64,000 nt of DNA from Octopus sinensis (GCF_006345805.1 NC_043007.1:11346001-11410000); one strand, 5' to 3'; shown: positions 26,534 to 40,184, counted from the stretch's first letter. The notes: generated by a model from the letters alone, not told the origin. Program-made: numbers and translations.

Positions 26534-26905
26534 TTATTTATTTATTTTAAATGTATATGCCCACTTATTTTTATGTTTCACTCAGTTTACTTGCTATTAT
26601 ATCACATTATAATTCTGAATTTTATATAATTCAATATTATATTCAGGTTTATTGAAAACTTCACTAAACTTTGCATGAAAATACTTTCTCATTGTCTTGA
26701 GGAATATTTAATTGATATCATTATTGATGTGGATGCAGGCATGGCTGTGTGGTTAAGACGCTTGTTTTGCCACCATATACTTTGAGGTTCAATCCCACTG
26801 CGTGGCACCTTGGACGAGTGGTTTCTAGAACAACCTCAAGTTATAGAAAAACCTCAATGCTCTGTGAGTGAATTTGGTAGGCAGAAACTGTCATGTATAC
26901 ATACA

Positions 26906-26936
<31 letters not shown>

Positions 26937-27009
26937 GTATATATATAGGGAAAAATTCAATTTAGTAATACTAAATCAAATTTCACAATATATAAATACA
27001 TGTATATAA

Positions 27010-27224
27010 ATTAGAGAAGAACCACCATGTAGCAATTCAACAATGATATACTTAAATCATACCATGTAGGAAAATATTAAAGATACAATAAAACATTTAC
27101 CTAGAAGTAAATAAAGTACGAAATAATAAATATGTAAATATTTTATCATATCTTTAATTTTTTTCTATATGGTATGATTTAAGTATATCATTGCTGAATT
27201 GCTACATGGTGGTTCTTCTCTAAT
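27010..27224. repeat. inverted repeat with ~80-90-bp arms
   Basis: ATTAGAGAAGAACCACCATGTAGCAATTCA vs TGAATTGCTACATGGTGGTTCTTCTCTAAT. Confidence 0.9.
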
Positions 27225-27231
27225 AAAATTA

Positions 27232-27632
27232 CGTAGGAGTGGCTGTGTGGTAAGTAGCTTGCTAACCAACCACATGGTTCCGGGTTCAGTCCCACTGCGT
27301 GGCATCTTGGGCAAGTGTCTTCTGCTATAGCCCCGGGCCGAGCAATGCCTTGTGAGTGGATTTGGTAGACGGAAACTGAAAGAAGCCTGTCGTATATATG
27401 TATGTATATATATATATATGTATGTGTGTGTGTCTGTGTTTGTCTCCCTAGCATTGCTTGACAACCGATGCTGCTGTGTTTACGTCCCCGTCACTTAGCA
27501 GTTCGGCAAAAGAGACCGATAGAATAAGTACTGGGCTTACAAAGAATAAGTCCCGGGGTCGATTTGCTTGACTAAAGGCGGTGCTCCAGCATGGCCACAG
27601 TCAAATGACTGAAACAAGTAAAAGAGTAAAAG
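27232..27632 (+). mobile_element. SINE family A
   Basis: Near-consensus full copy. Confidence 0.9.
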
Positions 27633-27764
27633 AGAGAGAGAGAGAGTCTTTTTACTTATTATCTTCATTATTGTTTATTCATTTTTTTGTACTTTTTGTG
27701 ATCTAGATATATGTTTTATAATATATTTAATTTTTTCTATATGATATGGTTTATGTTTATATAT

Positions 27765-27905
27765 AATGAAATTATTGTATACAGTGCTCAGGTGCACCAC
27801 AACTTGTCAGAAATTGCATATAAAGTACATGCAGTAATGTAGAAATGTCTGGAAAGCGAACAATGTATGAGTCAGGTACATGCCTGTGTGTGTATGGAGG
27901 GGAGA
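27765..27905 (-). mobile_element. CR1-like LINE 3' UTR fragment
   Basis: Reverse complement of 31050-31190. Confidence 0.75.
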
Positions 27906-28426
27906 ATTGAATAATAGTGGTTTTTCTCTAATTTATATATATATATGTAATTTGTTGAGGAAGATTTTCTATGCTGGTTGGTTTTCTGGTTGCCAACCCT
28001 CACCGTTTTTAAAGTAAGGTACTCTTTCCCTCTGAGTGCCAGACAGGTTTTAACAGAAGATAGGAAACGAAAGCTATCACTTGTATGACAGTAACATTTG
28101 TTTACTACTATCACACAATGTCAATACAAGCGAACACTAACACATGCACACACACACATGCACACACACATGCACAGGATCAGTCAAATAAATGTGGGAT
28201 AACACAGTTAGTCTCAAGCATAAACACAGCTTTTATAGAAAATACAGGTAACTCATTATTTAATCAATCAAATTTATTAATCAATGCATCAAATACAGTA
28301 TATTTCATATGATTAAACATATAATTTCAAGAAGGTAACAGCTGCTATACACTTCTATTTTGTAAGCAACAAACATTGCATATAACATGGTAATCAAAAC
28401 TGTAAATAAAAAGAATGGGAGAGGTA

Positions 28427-28529
28427 GTCAAGCTCTACAATTGTTTCAAAAGTAGTACAGATTTATCTTATGTAATATTACAAATGTCTTGTAGCCATCT
28501 AGTGTACTTTTTCATCAGGTAGATATGAC
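28427..28529 (-). ncRNA. type I hammerhead ribozyme motif
   Basis: CTGATGA (28518-28512), stem II AAAAGTA/TACTTTT, GAAA, palindromic CAATTG, GUA site, distal stem I GTCA/TGAC. Confidence 0.7.
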
Positions 28530-28787
28530 TGTTTGTTTGTAAATAGTGTGGTGTAATGAAGAATGCAAAAGAAAGCTGAGCTAGCAGAAAGAATTAAAAA
28601 AAAGGTTGGAGTGGGAATTGGAACTTGGTAAAGAACCAATGGTGTACCTACTCACTGATTGCCTTAGAGATGTAGTTTCATTTCATTTTCAGCATGCACA
28701 AATTGTTGTAGTGAGTGCAGCAGACTATAATCTCATAAATGTATATGCTGCATCAACAATGAGAAGCCGGCGTGCCAAAAGCTGGGA

Positions 28788-29018
28788 TACTCTTTACTCC
28801 TTTCACTTGTTTCAGTGGCCATGCTGGAGCACCACTTTTAGTCGAGAAAATCGAACCCAGGACTTATTCTTTGTAAGCCTAGTACTTATTCTATCGGTCT
28901 CTTTTGCCGAACCACTAGGTTACAATGACGTAAACACACCAGCATCAGTTGTCAAGCGATGTTGGGGGGACCAATACAGATACAGAAACATATACACACA
29001 CATGCATATATATTATAC

Positions 29019-29091
<73 letters not shown>

Positions 29092-29295
29092 CATATATAT
29101 ATTATATATATATATATATATATATGTTATATATATATATATATATATTGTTATATATATATACACACACACATATATATACGACAGGATTCTTTCAGTT
29201 TCCATCTACCAAATCCGCTCACAAGGCTTTGGTTGGCCCAAGGCTATAGTAGAAGTCACTTGCCCAAGGTGCCATGCAGTGGGACTGAACCCGGA
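28788..29295 (-). mobile_element. SINE family A with expanded TA tract
   Basis: Consensus match. Confidence 0.85.
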
Positions 29296-29774
29296 TATTC
29301 ATTGCTTAGGATAAAGAAGAGCAATAAAAGCTCATATGGAGAAACGGAAAAAAGGAAAGAAAGGGAATTAAAACAAAAACAAAAAAGAATAAGAATAAGG
29401 ACAAAGGTGATGGTAATAATACGTATATATACACACGTGAAGACAGTATTCCTCACAAGTGCATGCAATGCACACAAACTATGTAGATGTACACATATGA
29501 GATATAGCAGTGTATACATACCACTAAAGGTACACATATAAACATGTGTAAAGAAATATACATGTATGTAGATATACATACATACATACATAATACATAT
29601 ATATACACATATTCCGCCGAGGTTGACTTTACCTTTCATCCTTTCGGGGTCGATAAATAAAGTACCAGTTTCGCACTGGGGTCGATGTAATCGATTTAAT
29701 CCCTTTGTCTGTCCTTGTTTGTCCCCTCTATGTTTAGCCCCTTGTGGGTAGTAAAGAAATATATATATATACAT

Positions 29775-29824
<50 letters not shown>

Positions 29825-29837
29825 CACATATATGCAT

Positions 29838-29874
<37 letters not shown>

Positions 29875-30366
29875 CATATATATAGTCAATAAAGCATATA
29901 TCAGAAAAGAAGCACATACATGTATACCTTTTAGATATACACACAGTGAAATACATGAATATATATCTACATACCCATTGCACTTACATACGTATATGCA
30001 GACTAACAGTAGAAGTTAATTGAACATAATGGCAGAAATAAAAACAAAAAAAAACATGTGACAAAAAGCTAAAACGAGGCAGGTGAACAAAGTTACATGT
30101 ATAGTTATAGACACATAAATCCATACACACAATAAACACACACACACATACACATGCATACGTAGAAAAACCAAGTGAAAACACACAGGTAGTAAGAGTT
30201 TGGATATAACATTATAATCAGGAGAAATGGAAAGTAACTGTAATAATAAGTTAACTATCAGAAGCTAAAGGTATCCTCTCATTTCCACAAAGTAGTGAGA
30301 TAGAGGAGTGATGTAGAATCCAGTTTTTTGGTTTACTTGAAAATAAAATTAGAGGAAAAGTATACA

Positions 30367-30768
30367 GGCGCAGGAGTGGTTGTGTGGTAAGTAGCTTGCT
30401 AACCAACCACATGGTTCCGGGTTCAGTCCCACTGCGTGGCACCTTGGGCAAGTGTCTTCTGCTATAGCCCCAGGCCGACCAATGACTTGTGAGTGGATTT
30501 GGTAGACGGAAACTGAAAGAAGCCTGTCGTATATATGTATATATATATATATAATATATATATATATATGTATGTATGTGTTTGTGTGTCTGTGTTTGTC
30601 ACCTAGCATTGCTTGACAACCGATGCTGGTGTGTTTACATCCCCATCACTTAGCAGTTCGGCAAAAGAGACTGATAGAATAAGTCCTGGGGTCGATTTGC
30701 TCGACTAAAGGCGGTGTTCCAGCATGGCCGCAGTCAAATGACTGAAACAAGTAAAAGAGAGTAAAAGA
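30367..30768 (+). mobile_element. SINE family A
   Basis: Consensus match with A and B boxes. Confidence 0.9.
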
Positions 30769-30794
30769 GAGGGGAACATCATAATTACATGAGA

Positions 30795-31200
30795 TAGACA
30801 CCCATAAAATTATTAACCATCTTACCAACAATGACTCTGAGCACCTTTTCAAACTCCACCAGTCTAACACCCGTGGACATGTTTACAAAGTCAGAAAACA
30901 GCACAGCTCCCGTGACTTTCGGAAACATTTTTTCACGCTAAGAGTTGCTGAAGCATGGAACAAACTGCCGGCATCAGTTGTTAGTTGTCGGAGCACTGCA
31001 TCCTTCAAAACTTCCATGCTTCCTGAGATTCGCCAACACTACACCTGATTTTCTCCTCTCCATACTCACACAAGCATGTATCTGACTCGTACACGGTTCA
31101 TTTTCCAGACATTTGTACATTACTGCATATGCTTTATACGCACTTTTGACAAGTTGTGGTGCACCTGAGCACTGTATACAATAATTTCATTATTATTATT
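30795..31200 (+). mobile_element. CR1-clade LINE 3' end
   Basis: HKIINHL..LF..SNTRGHVYKV..FRKHFFTLRVAEAWNKLPASVV...SFK is a typical CR1 ORF2 C-terminus; (ATT)n tail. Confidence 0.85.
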
Positions 31201-31202
31201 AC

Positions 31203-31251
<49 letters not shown>

Positions 31252-31752
31252 GAGTGAGAGAGCAGTTCATGCCATCAAAGTGACACTGGGGTAAAATATA
31301 CGAAGCCCAATATACCCATCATGACTACCCGTCTGATAAGGGTACACCAGGCACATGCATCACAACCATATGTGCGCGATATGGTGATCTCATATCAAGA
31401 TAAACAGCACATGCCCATCACGCTCAAAAGGTCCCTGAATAAGGGTGTTTAAGGATGTTGAAAGAACCACCCATGTTTCCAGAGGTGAATTATTCAAACC
31501 CCAAAGAATCCCTCTCAACACATGGCTATGATGCTCCCCCACTACTTCTGCTCGTGATCAGAGATGCACATATCGTCAGCCACTAAGGGACATGCTCAAC
31601 TGGTTAAGGTCAAACAACTGACAAGCAAATCTGTGGTACTGAGCAGAATATTTGCTGTAGCCCATCTTTTATACAAGACAAAACAATGTACATGATAACA
31701 CTTCCAATCAGTTAAGATCAGAAGCCATGAGAGCCACTGCCTGGTACTATTA

Positions 31753-31789
<37 letters not shown>

Positions 31790-32288
31790 GAGTGAGAGAG
31801 CAGTTCATGCCATCAAAGTGACACTGGGGTAAAATATACGAAGCCCAATATACCCATCATGACTACCCGTCTGATAAGGGTACACCAGGCACATGCATCA
31901 CAACCATATGTGCGCGATATGGTGATCTCATATCAAGATAAACAGCACATGCCCATCACGCTCAAAAGGTCCCTGAATAAGGGTTGTTTAAGGATGTTGA
32001 AAGAACCACCCATGTTTCCAGAGGTGAATTATTCAAACCCCAAAGAATCCCTCTCAACACATGGCTATGATGCTCCCCCACTACTTCTGCTCGTGATCAG
32101 AGATGCACATATCGTCAGCCACTAAGGGACATGCTCAACTGGTTAAGGTCAAACAACTGACAAGCAAATCTGTGGTACTGAGCAGAATATTTGCTGTAGC
32201 CCATCTTTTATACCAAGACAAAACAATGTACATGATAACACTTCCAATCAGTTAAGATCAGAAGCCATGAGAGCCACTGCCTGGTACT
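31252..32288 (-). mobile_element. two tandem copies of the (TAA)n-embedded non-coding element (31252-31748, 31790-32288)
   Basis: Near-identical copies separated by (TTA)n; same element as 52503-54418; strand is inferred. Confidence 0.8.
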
Positions 32289-32729
32289 ATTATTATTATT
32301 ATTATTATTTAATGAATTCAATACAGTTTAAGAGACAAAAGATGTCGATATTCTTATGAAATTCCCATGAACTAGGAATAAATAGGGAGTGATAGGAATT
32401 ATTTTATAGGAACTAGTGTTTGTTGAGAATGAAAGTGTTGCATAATCTATGCATGCATCTACTAATGAGTTATCTAGAGAGGGAAATTGAATTTCTTTGA
32501 GAAGTCATCGTTAACTACAAACGAGGAGGGATTATCTAGTAATATTAAATTGGAGTTACCGTTTGTAGCCTTTCAAGTCTGGATCCCCATGAATCAATCT
32601 CAAGGACCACAAGGAGAATTTTATTGCCAACCTTTCTGTTCATCTGATTTGCCTATCTAGATTGGATATTGGCAGAATAGGCAAATTACTACTGGGTAGG
32701 ATCATACCTCAACTTAGTCTCAAACTTAA

Positions 32730-32951
32730 CCCTTTCGATACCAACCCGGCTGAAACCACCTCTGATTCTGTACTACAAATGTCTTGTTTTCATAAGTTTT
32801 GAATCAAAATCTTTTACCAAATCTTAGTCACGGTTTATGTTCCTAACACTAGCTTAATGATAACTAAATTATCTTACTAAGTTCTTTGTGATATTTAAAA
32901 TTAATTGAAAGAAACACAGAGCATCTCAAAATAAACACGGTAACAAAAAGA
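32730..32951. mobile_element. TTAA-flanked MITE (piggyBac-like)
   Basis: TTAA|CCCTTTCGATACC...GGTAACAAAAAGA|TTAA; homologous to 61980-62499 and 62528-62747. Confidence 0.75.
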
Positions 32952-33004
32952 TTAAACTAGGCTTGTAGTATAATACCAGCAGTGTTATTGATTGTTTTAG
33001 CTCT

Positions 33005-34950
33005 TTAGAAAATAGGGATAAATTTAAATACATTCAAGTCGACATTGATAACTATTATTTTAGTGTTACCCTGATCTTACTAAATGAATCACTTATATTT
33101 GCAATGAAAATCTCTGATCTGACTAGAAAAGAAACAAACACTTCTCTCACAGACCATTGCATCGTTATTAAGTTCAATGGGAAGCTTTGGACCAGAATGG
33201 ACACTCTAAATAACTTAGCTATCCGTAAGGAGTCTAGAAACTCTGCCCAGATTACAGATCTTGCTTGGATATACATTCTACATTGCTTACATGATAATTT
33301 CCCCTAACTCTTGGGTGACCTTTATAGAGATGACAAACTCTTCTCCATCTATGAATGTGGCAATAGTAAGATAGAACAATTTAGGGAAAGAATTAGAAAA
33401 TTCTTTAAGAATATTGGTCAGAGCATCACATTTAGAAATAATCTTAGAAGAGCTGACTTCTTGGATGTTACTCAAAAATTGGATAATGACTATTTCCACC
33501 CATAACATAAACTGGAATGAAAACCTTAATTATGTTAATTTCCAATCCTACCACCCTCATTCTGTTGACTTAATCATCAATAGCGTGCCATAGAGAATCT
33601 CATCTCTTTCAGCTTCTCTAAAAATTTTTGACTATTTCACAAACTGCTACAATACATTCACTGGAGATGGATATACTGATAGAAATGGGAATACCGTGGC
33701 TCTTTTGCACCAGATACTAGTAACTACCCTACCCCATGGATCACATCCCTGATCACACAGTCTCTAACAAGCGCAAATTCAAATAATTCCTTCTCAAAAG
33801 TACTTGACCCTAAAACCACCTTCCATAATGATATGCTTGCTAATAAGCCCAATACTGAATTGGCTAATAAGGAGGCACCTGGACACAGTCATGAGGGATG
33901 TGCCTAGACCACCACCTGAAACTTTAACTCCAGGACTTCTCCAAAGGCAAGGAGAAATGCTAGACAAAGAGAGGTAACCTGGTTCTATCCATCCATCCAT
34001 CAACATCAATATTCAGAGTAGACAGCCAACATTGTTTTTCCCAGCTTTAGAAAAGCACTTTCCTACATCTAGCAAATATAGAAAGTTTTTTTTAACTCTT
34101 CTCTATTTAGTTGTCCTACTCCACCCTCTAATATAGCCTAGTGGCCTAGTGGTTAGGGCAGCAGACTCGCGGTCGTAGGATCGCGGTTTCGATTCCCAGA
34201 CCAGGCGTTGTGAGTGTTTATTGAGCGAAAACACCTCGAAGCTCCACGATGCTCCGGCAGGGTGTGGTGATCCCTGCTGTACTCTTTCTCCTGTTGGCCT
34301 GCTCGCTTAGCCAGTGGGGTGGCATCATTTGAAGGCTAAAACAATGCGAACGCATTGTGACCAGCAATGTGTAGCTACATCTGATGGACTGGTCGGTCAC
34401 GTGATCACGTGATCACATCACACCCTCTAATATAGCTGGTATTATACATAGAATTAATAATAAACAACTTATCAGCACATTTAACACTGAGCTTAACAAG
34501 ACCTGTACACAATATCCCAGAATATACAATAACCTAGGATATCCTTGTCAAATCAGAGAGGTAACTGACGTAACAGATCCACTTTGCATTCCATTCAAGA
34601 AAAAATGACTGTTGCTCAGGTCCTGTGCCTGGTAACCTTCTGAATGAGAACAACCTCACTGGGACTAAACATGACCTCTATAATCCTACAAACCCTGTCA
34701 CTGATGAGATTAGGGATGCATTTGGTAAAGGCAGTAATGAAGTGCAACAGCCTGAACTACACTCCATGTGGACCCTAAAATAGATTGTGCGATTGTAAAT
34801 ATCCCTCCATTTGTCTGTTAGATAGTAAGAGCCTAATGGATAACATTAGCAATGTGTAATTACTACAAATTAGGTTGGATGCTTTCACACAGGTGTTTCA
34901 TTGATGTCAAATCTAGATTACATTATCACAATATGGGCTTTCTCAATTTT
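33005..34950 (+). pseudogene. Penelope-like element RT (plus probable GIY-YIG region) fossil
   Basis: YIQVDIDNYY, SRNSAQITDL..IYIL, GDLYRDD, FLDVT, YVNFQSYHP, FPTSSKY, and a Cys-rich CDCKYPSICLL motif; many stops and frameshifts. Confidence 0.75.
34138..34420 (+). mobile_element. SINE family C with 16-bp TSD
   Basis: TSD CACCCTCTAATATAGC at 34122-34137 and 34421-34436; (CACGTGAT)n tail. Confidence 0.9.
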
Positions 34951-35115
34951 ATTTATTTGATATTATTCCTCTATGTTACTACTTCGTGGTGATATGGGGA
35001 TCAGGCTGAAGTTAACACACCTCCCACACCTTTTACTCCTGGTAACTAATTTATTACTTTGGTCATTTTCTATTTCCTTTGAGTCTCTTGTTATATTTTA
35101 ACTCTTGCTAACTAC

Positions 35116-35700
35116 AAGTGCAGGAGTGGCTGTGTGGTAAGTAGCTTGCTTATCAGCCACATAGTTCCGGGTTCAGTCCCACTGTGTGGCACCTTGGGCA
35201 AGTGTCTTCTACTATAGTCTCGGGCTGACCAAAGCCTTGTGAGTGGATTTGGTAGACAGAAACTGAAAGAAGCTTGTCGTATATATGCTGGTGGTATGTA
35301 AAAAACAACATTCGAGCAAGGGTGTTTCCAGTGCCGCTGGACTGGCTTCAGTGCAGGTGACACATAAGAACACCATTTGAGTGTGGCCGTTGCCAGTACT
35401 GCCTAACGTTAGCAACGTTAGAGGACTTTAAACAATGATGATGATGATGATAATGATGATGATGTATGTGTGTGTGTGTATATCTGTGTTTGTCCCCGTC
35501 TATCATCGCTTCACAATCGATGTTGGTGTGTTTATGTCCCCATAACTTAGCAGTTCAACAACAAAAAAAAAGGGACTGATAGAATAGGTATTTTGCTTAC
35601 AAAGAATAAGTCCTGGGGGTCAATTTATTCAACTCAAGAGAGTGCTCCAGCATGGCCGCAGTCAAAATGACTGAAGCAAATAAAAGAGTAAAAGAATAAA
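35116..35700 (+). mobile_element. SINE family A with an RTE-tail insertion in its internal tract
   Basis: Head 35116-35285, RTE-tail piece ~35290-35463, SINE 3' half after it. Confidence 0.75.
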
Positions 35701-36129
35701 AAAAATATTTTCATATTACATTTTTGTATATACCCAAGACTTAAAATGCGTGCGTATGTGCATATGTGTGCGTATGTGTGTGGGTTACACACATACATAT
35801 AAATTTATGCATTTATAACTATACATGTGACTCTGTTCACCTGTCTCATTTCAGTTTTTTTGTCTAACGATTTCTTATTTTTGCCATTATCTTTAATTAA
35901 CTTCCATAAGTCTACATGTATGTTTTTGTGTTTACATATATACTTGACATTATATTTAATCTAATGATGGTATTCATTTGTGGAGATCTATGTGTAGGTG
36001 TGTGTGTGTAAGTACTTCTATCAGGGCCATCACTAAGCCCCTGCAACTCCTGCAGTCACAGGGGGCCTCAAAGGTTGATGGGGACCCATATTAAAATTAA
36101 AGTGCGCAGATGAATCATCTAATTACTCT

Positions 36130-36326
36130 ATTACTCTATTACTTGTTTCAGTCATTTGACTGCGGCCATGCTGGAGCACCGCCTTTAGTCGAGCAAATCG
36201 ACCCCGGGACTTATTCTTTGTAAGCCCAGTACTTATTCTATCGGTCTCTTTTGCCGAACCGCTAAGTGACAGGAACGTAAACACACCAGCATCGATTGTC
36301 AAGCAATGCTAGGGGGACAAACACAA

Positions 36327-36361
<35 letters not shown>

Positions 36362-36525
36362 CAACAGGCTTCTTTCAATTTCCGTCTACCAAATCCACTC
36401 ACAAGGCATTGGTTGGCCTGGGGCTATAGCAGAAGACACTTGCCCAAGATGCCACACAGTGGGACTGAACCCGGAACCATGTGGTTGGTTAGCAAGCTAC
36501 TTACCACACAGCCACTCCTGCGCCT
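36130..36525 (-). mobile_element. SINE family A
   Basis: Consensus match. Confidence 0.9.
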
Positions 36526-36969
36526 TTGGTTAAGATGTTGAATGAGAATTTTAACTTTCTATATTGACTGAAAATTTCAGGAAATAAAACAGTAATACAT
36601 TGTACCTGCAAAAGCTCTTGTAAAAATATTACATTGTACACACGAATGTCCCTATCTAAATAGGCTTTGTATATTCTGGTCCTTATTACATATCTGGAAG
36701 TTTTACTTATTGAAATTTGTAAGAGACCTAAATAAATTTAACATGTTGTACTTTAAAAGATGTTCTTTAGGAAAATGTGAAATATTGAACTTCAGATAGA
36801 ATAAAGCAAAATATAGCTAGGAATTGAAGGTGCATAGATTATGAATTCTGATTGAAGAGATGGGGTCCCAAAACAAAAAGTCCTCTAAAAGTCACATAAT
36901 GTGCCTGACCTATATATGTTATTATTTTCTTTTAGGATAGGCATCTGTAATGGGTATATAGATACATAT

Positions 36970-37192
36970 TCTTTTACTCTTTACTCTTTTACTTGTTTCA
37001 GTCATTTGACTGTGGCCATGCTGGAGCACCGCCTTTAGTTGAGCAAGTCAACACCAGGACTTATTCTTTGTAAGCCTACTACTTATTCTATCGGTCTCTT
37101 TTGCCGAACCGCTGAGTTACGGGGACGTAAACACACCAGCATTGGTTGTCAAGTGATGTTGCGGGGACAAACACAGACACACAAACACAGAC

Positions 37193-37231
<39 letters not shown>

Positions 37232-37393
37232 ACGGGTTTCTTTCAGTTTCCGTCTACCAAATCCACTCACAAGGCATTGGTCAGCCCGAGGCTATAGTAG
37301 AAGACACTTGCCCAAGATGCCACGCAGTGGGACTGAACCCGGAACCATGTGGTTGGTAAGTAAGCTACTTACCACTCAGCCACTCCTGCGCCT
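36970..37393 (-). mobile_element. SINE family A
   Basis: Consensus match. Confidence 0.9.
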
Positions 37394-37619
37394 AGCAAGA
37401 AACTAGAGCCAACACTGAAAGTTTTGGCATTTCATATGTAAATATATCCATGTAAACAATGCCATCATAGATAGAAAAATAAATACTGTATGTATATGCA
37501 TACTTCAAGAGTTCTTGCTCCTTCTACAGTGTCACATTCAACCCATTAAAAATCCGCAAACACATTGCTTAAGGACGTACTAAATATAGTGATGTAACAT
37601 AATTGTGTTTTTTTTTATA

Positions 37620-38125
37620 CCCAGGCCTATTCCCCACTTTTTTTAAGGAGGGGGTAGCCACAACATGACACACCAGGCATTCCATTCATTTCCCAGTTCA
37701 AAGAGGCGAGTCCCATCCTATGCTTCGGTCAAGGTATAGAACGCAACCCCCAATATCAGCAGTGGGACCCAACAGCATATGCTGATTTATCCCCGCCACA
37801 TCCTGCTGGTTCTGTGCACCCCCTTTCAGCAACATCAAATTTGGTAGACAGAAACTGCATGGACCCTGTCATCAAATTCACTCATCCGTCCACAAACACT
37901 CTCCAAGCTTTCCTATCATTTATAAACTCTCTTGCCTCTCTCACTCCAGCACCTCTAACCACCAAGACTTTCTTCACTCCATCCATCCACACAAACTGAG
38001 GTCTGCCTCTGGTTCTGTTGCCTACCACTTCTGCCTTCATCACTCTCCTTACCATCCACTCCTCATCCACGTACCTCTCCATATAATCAAACCATCTCAA
38101 CATTCGTCTATCCATTTTGGATATA
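37620..38125 (-). mobile_element. RTE-clade LINE 3' fragment (different family)
   Basis: LRWFDYMER...VVGNRTRGRPQFVWMDGVKK...DRKAWR C-terminal motifs. Confidence 0.8.
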
Positions 38126-38149
38126 CCAATTTTTACATATTAAAATCAA

Positions 38150-38990
38150 AATCAAAATCAATCCAAATCAAATCAGATATCAGAAAGCAGAACCAAAATC
38201 GAAGTCGATCAACATCAATGGAAATTGCAGCTGTGATACCAGTGCCGGTGACAAGTAAGCGAACCATCCGATTGTGGCTGTTGCCAGTGCCGCCCCGACT
38301 GGCCTCCGTGCCGGTGGCACGTAAAAAGCACCATCCGTTCGTGGCCATTGCCAGCCTCGCCTGGCCCCCGTGCCGGTGGCACGTAAAAAGCACCATCCGT
38401 CCGTGGCCGTTTGCCAGCTCCATCTGGCACCTGTGTGAGTGGCACGTAAAAAGCACCCACTACACTCACGGAGTGGTTGGCATTAGGAAGGGCATCCAGC
38501 CATAGAAACACTGCCAGATCAGACTGGGCCTGATGCAGCCTTCTGGCTTCACAGACCCTAGTTGAACCGTCCAACCCATGCTAGCATGGAAAGCGGACGC
38601 TAAATGATGATGATGATGATGATGATAAACACATTCCTAGAAACTGGTACATCATCATCATTTAACGTCTGTTTTCCATGCTAGCATGGGTTGGACGATT
38701 TTGACTGAGGGCTGGCGAACCAGATGGCTGCACCTGGCTCCAGTTTGGATCTGGCAGACTTTCTACAGCTGGATGCCCTTCCTAATGCCAACCACTCCGA
38801 GAGTGTAGTGGGTGCTTTTTACATGCTACCTGCACGGGGGCCAGTCAGGTGGTACTGGCAATGACTTCGCTCGAATCTTTTTACACGTGCCACCGACACA
38901 GGTACCAGTGAAGTGACGTTGGTAACGATCACGCTCGAATGGTGCCCTTTTACGTGCCGCGGGTACAGAAGCCAGTTGAATTGCTGGTAG
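38150..38990. mobile_element. two RTE 3' tails arranged tail-to-tail (38150-38625 +, 38650-38990 -)
   Basis: Both match the RTE 3' UTR and end in (GAT)n. Confidence 0.8.
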
Positions 38991-39358
38991 GGTCATTATA
39001 TTTTGTTATGCAACCACAATATACTGGGAGTATATTATGGCAGCACAACAAAATGCAGTCTCCCTACCGGTTATAAATATGCGAGAATATTGGGATAGAA
39101 AAGAAAAGAGAATAATGACAGAGGAAGCAATAACATAATCTTATTTTTTGCTGTTAGTAGGATTCTAAAACACATTTATTAAACATGAGAGACATCCTTG
39201 TTCAATGATGCATAAAGATGATGACATTTGGTATTTTGTCTGGTATTTCAAGCCCTTTTAAGACCTTCCGCAGGGCATTTTCTGCTTACTGGGTTGAAGA
39301 CACGGTTCTTGATTTTTCATGAGATTTAATGAACTTAAGATTACATGTGCACACACAT

Positions 39359-39436
<78 letters not shown>

Positions 39437-39571
39437 CACACATACACACAGGAATATATATTTACATGTATATATAGATATAAGTATGTATATATATATA
39501 TATGTTTTGATATTTATATATATGTATACATGTATGTATATATGTGTGTGTATATACACGCACTCACACAC

Positions 39572-39645
<74 letters not shown>

Positions 39646-40131
39646 CATATATATATAATTTTGTATGTAACACAATTTTTAATCTCCGGATTTTTTAAAT
39701 ATGCTAAGCTACTGTTTTAATTGAATAATATCAGTTTCTACCCTTATTGTTTAATTTTACATATACATACATGCACACACACACACATATATATACATAT
39801 ACATATATACATGTGTGTGTGTGTGTATGTAAATAGCTATGTGTGTTTGTCTTTGTATCTGTGCTTATCCCCCACCACTGCTTGACAGCTGGTGATGGTG
39901 TGTTTATGACCCCATAACTCAATGGTTTGGTAAAAGAGCCTGATATAATAAGTCCTGGGGTCAATTTGTTTGATTAAAAAAAAAACCTTCGAAGGTAGTG
40001 CCCCAGCATGGCCTCAGTCAAATAACTGAAACAAGTTAAAGTTCAAAGATAAAAGCTATATTTGAACATAATCTGTCTTTTTCTCACACACAAGCACTCT
40101 CTCACATGCTCACAAAGACCCACACACACAG

Positions 40132-40184
<53 letters not shown>

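Noticed and set aside
28606-29541. 311-aa ORF
   Set aside because: Chimera of unique sequence, SINE A and a TA tract; the Cys-rich alternative frame at ~28690-28790 has a stop and is too weak to call
30367-30440. tRNA-like sequences with A/B boxes (also 34138, 56110 and others)
   Set aside because: They are SINE heads continuing into SINE bodies; no complete cloverleaf
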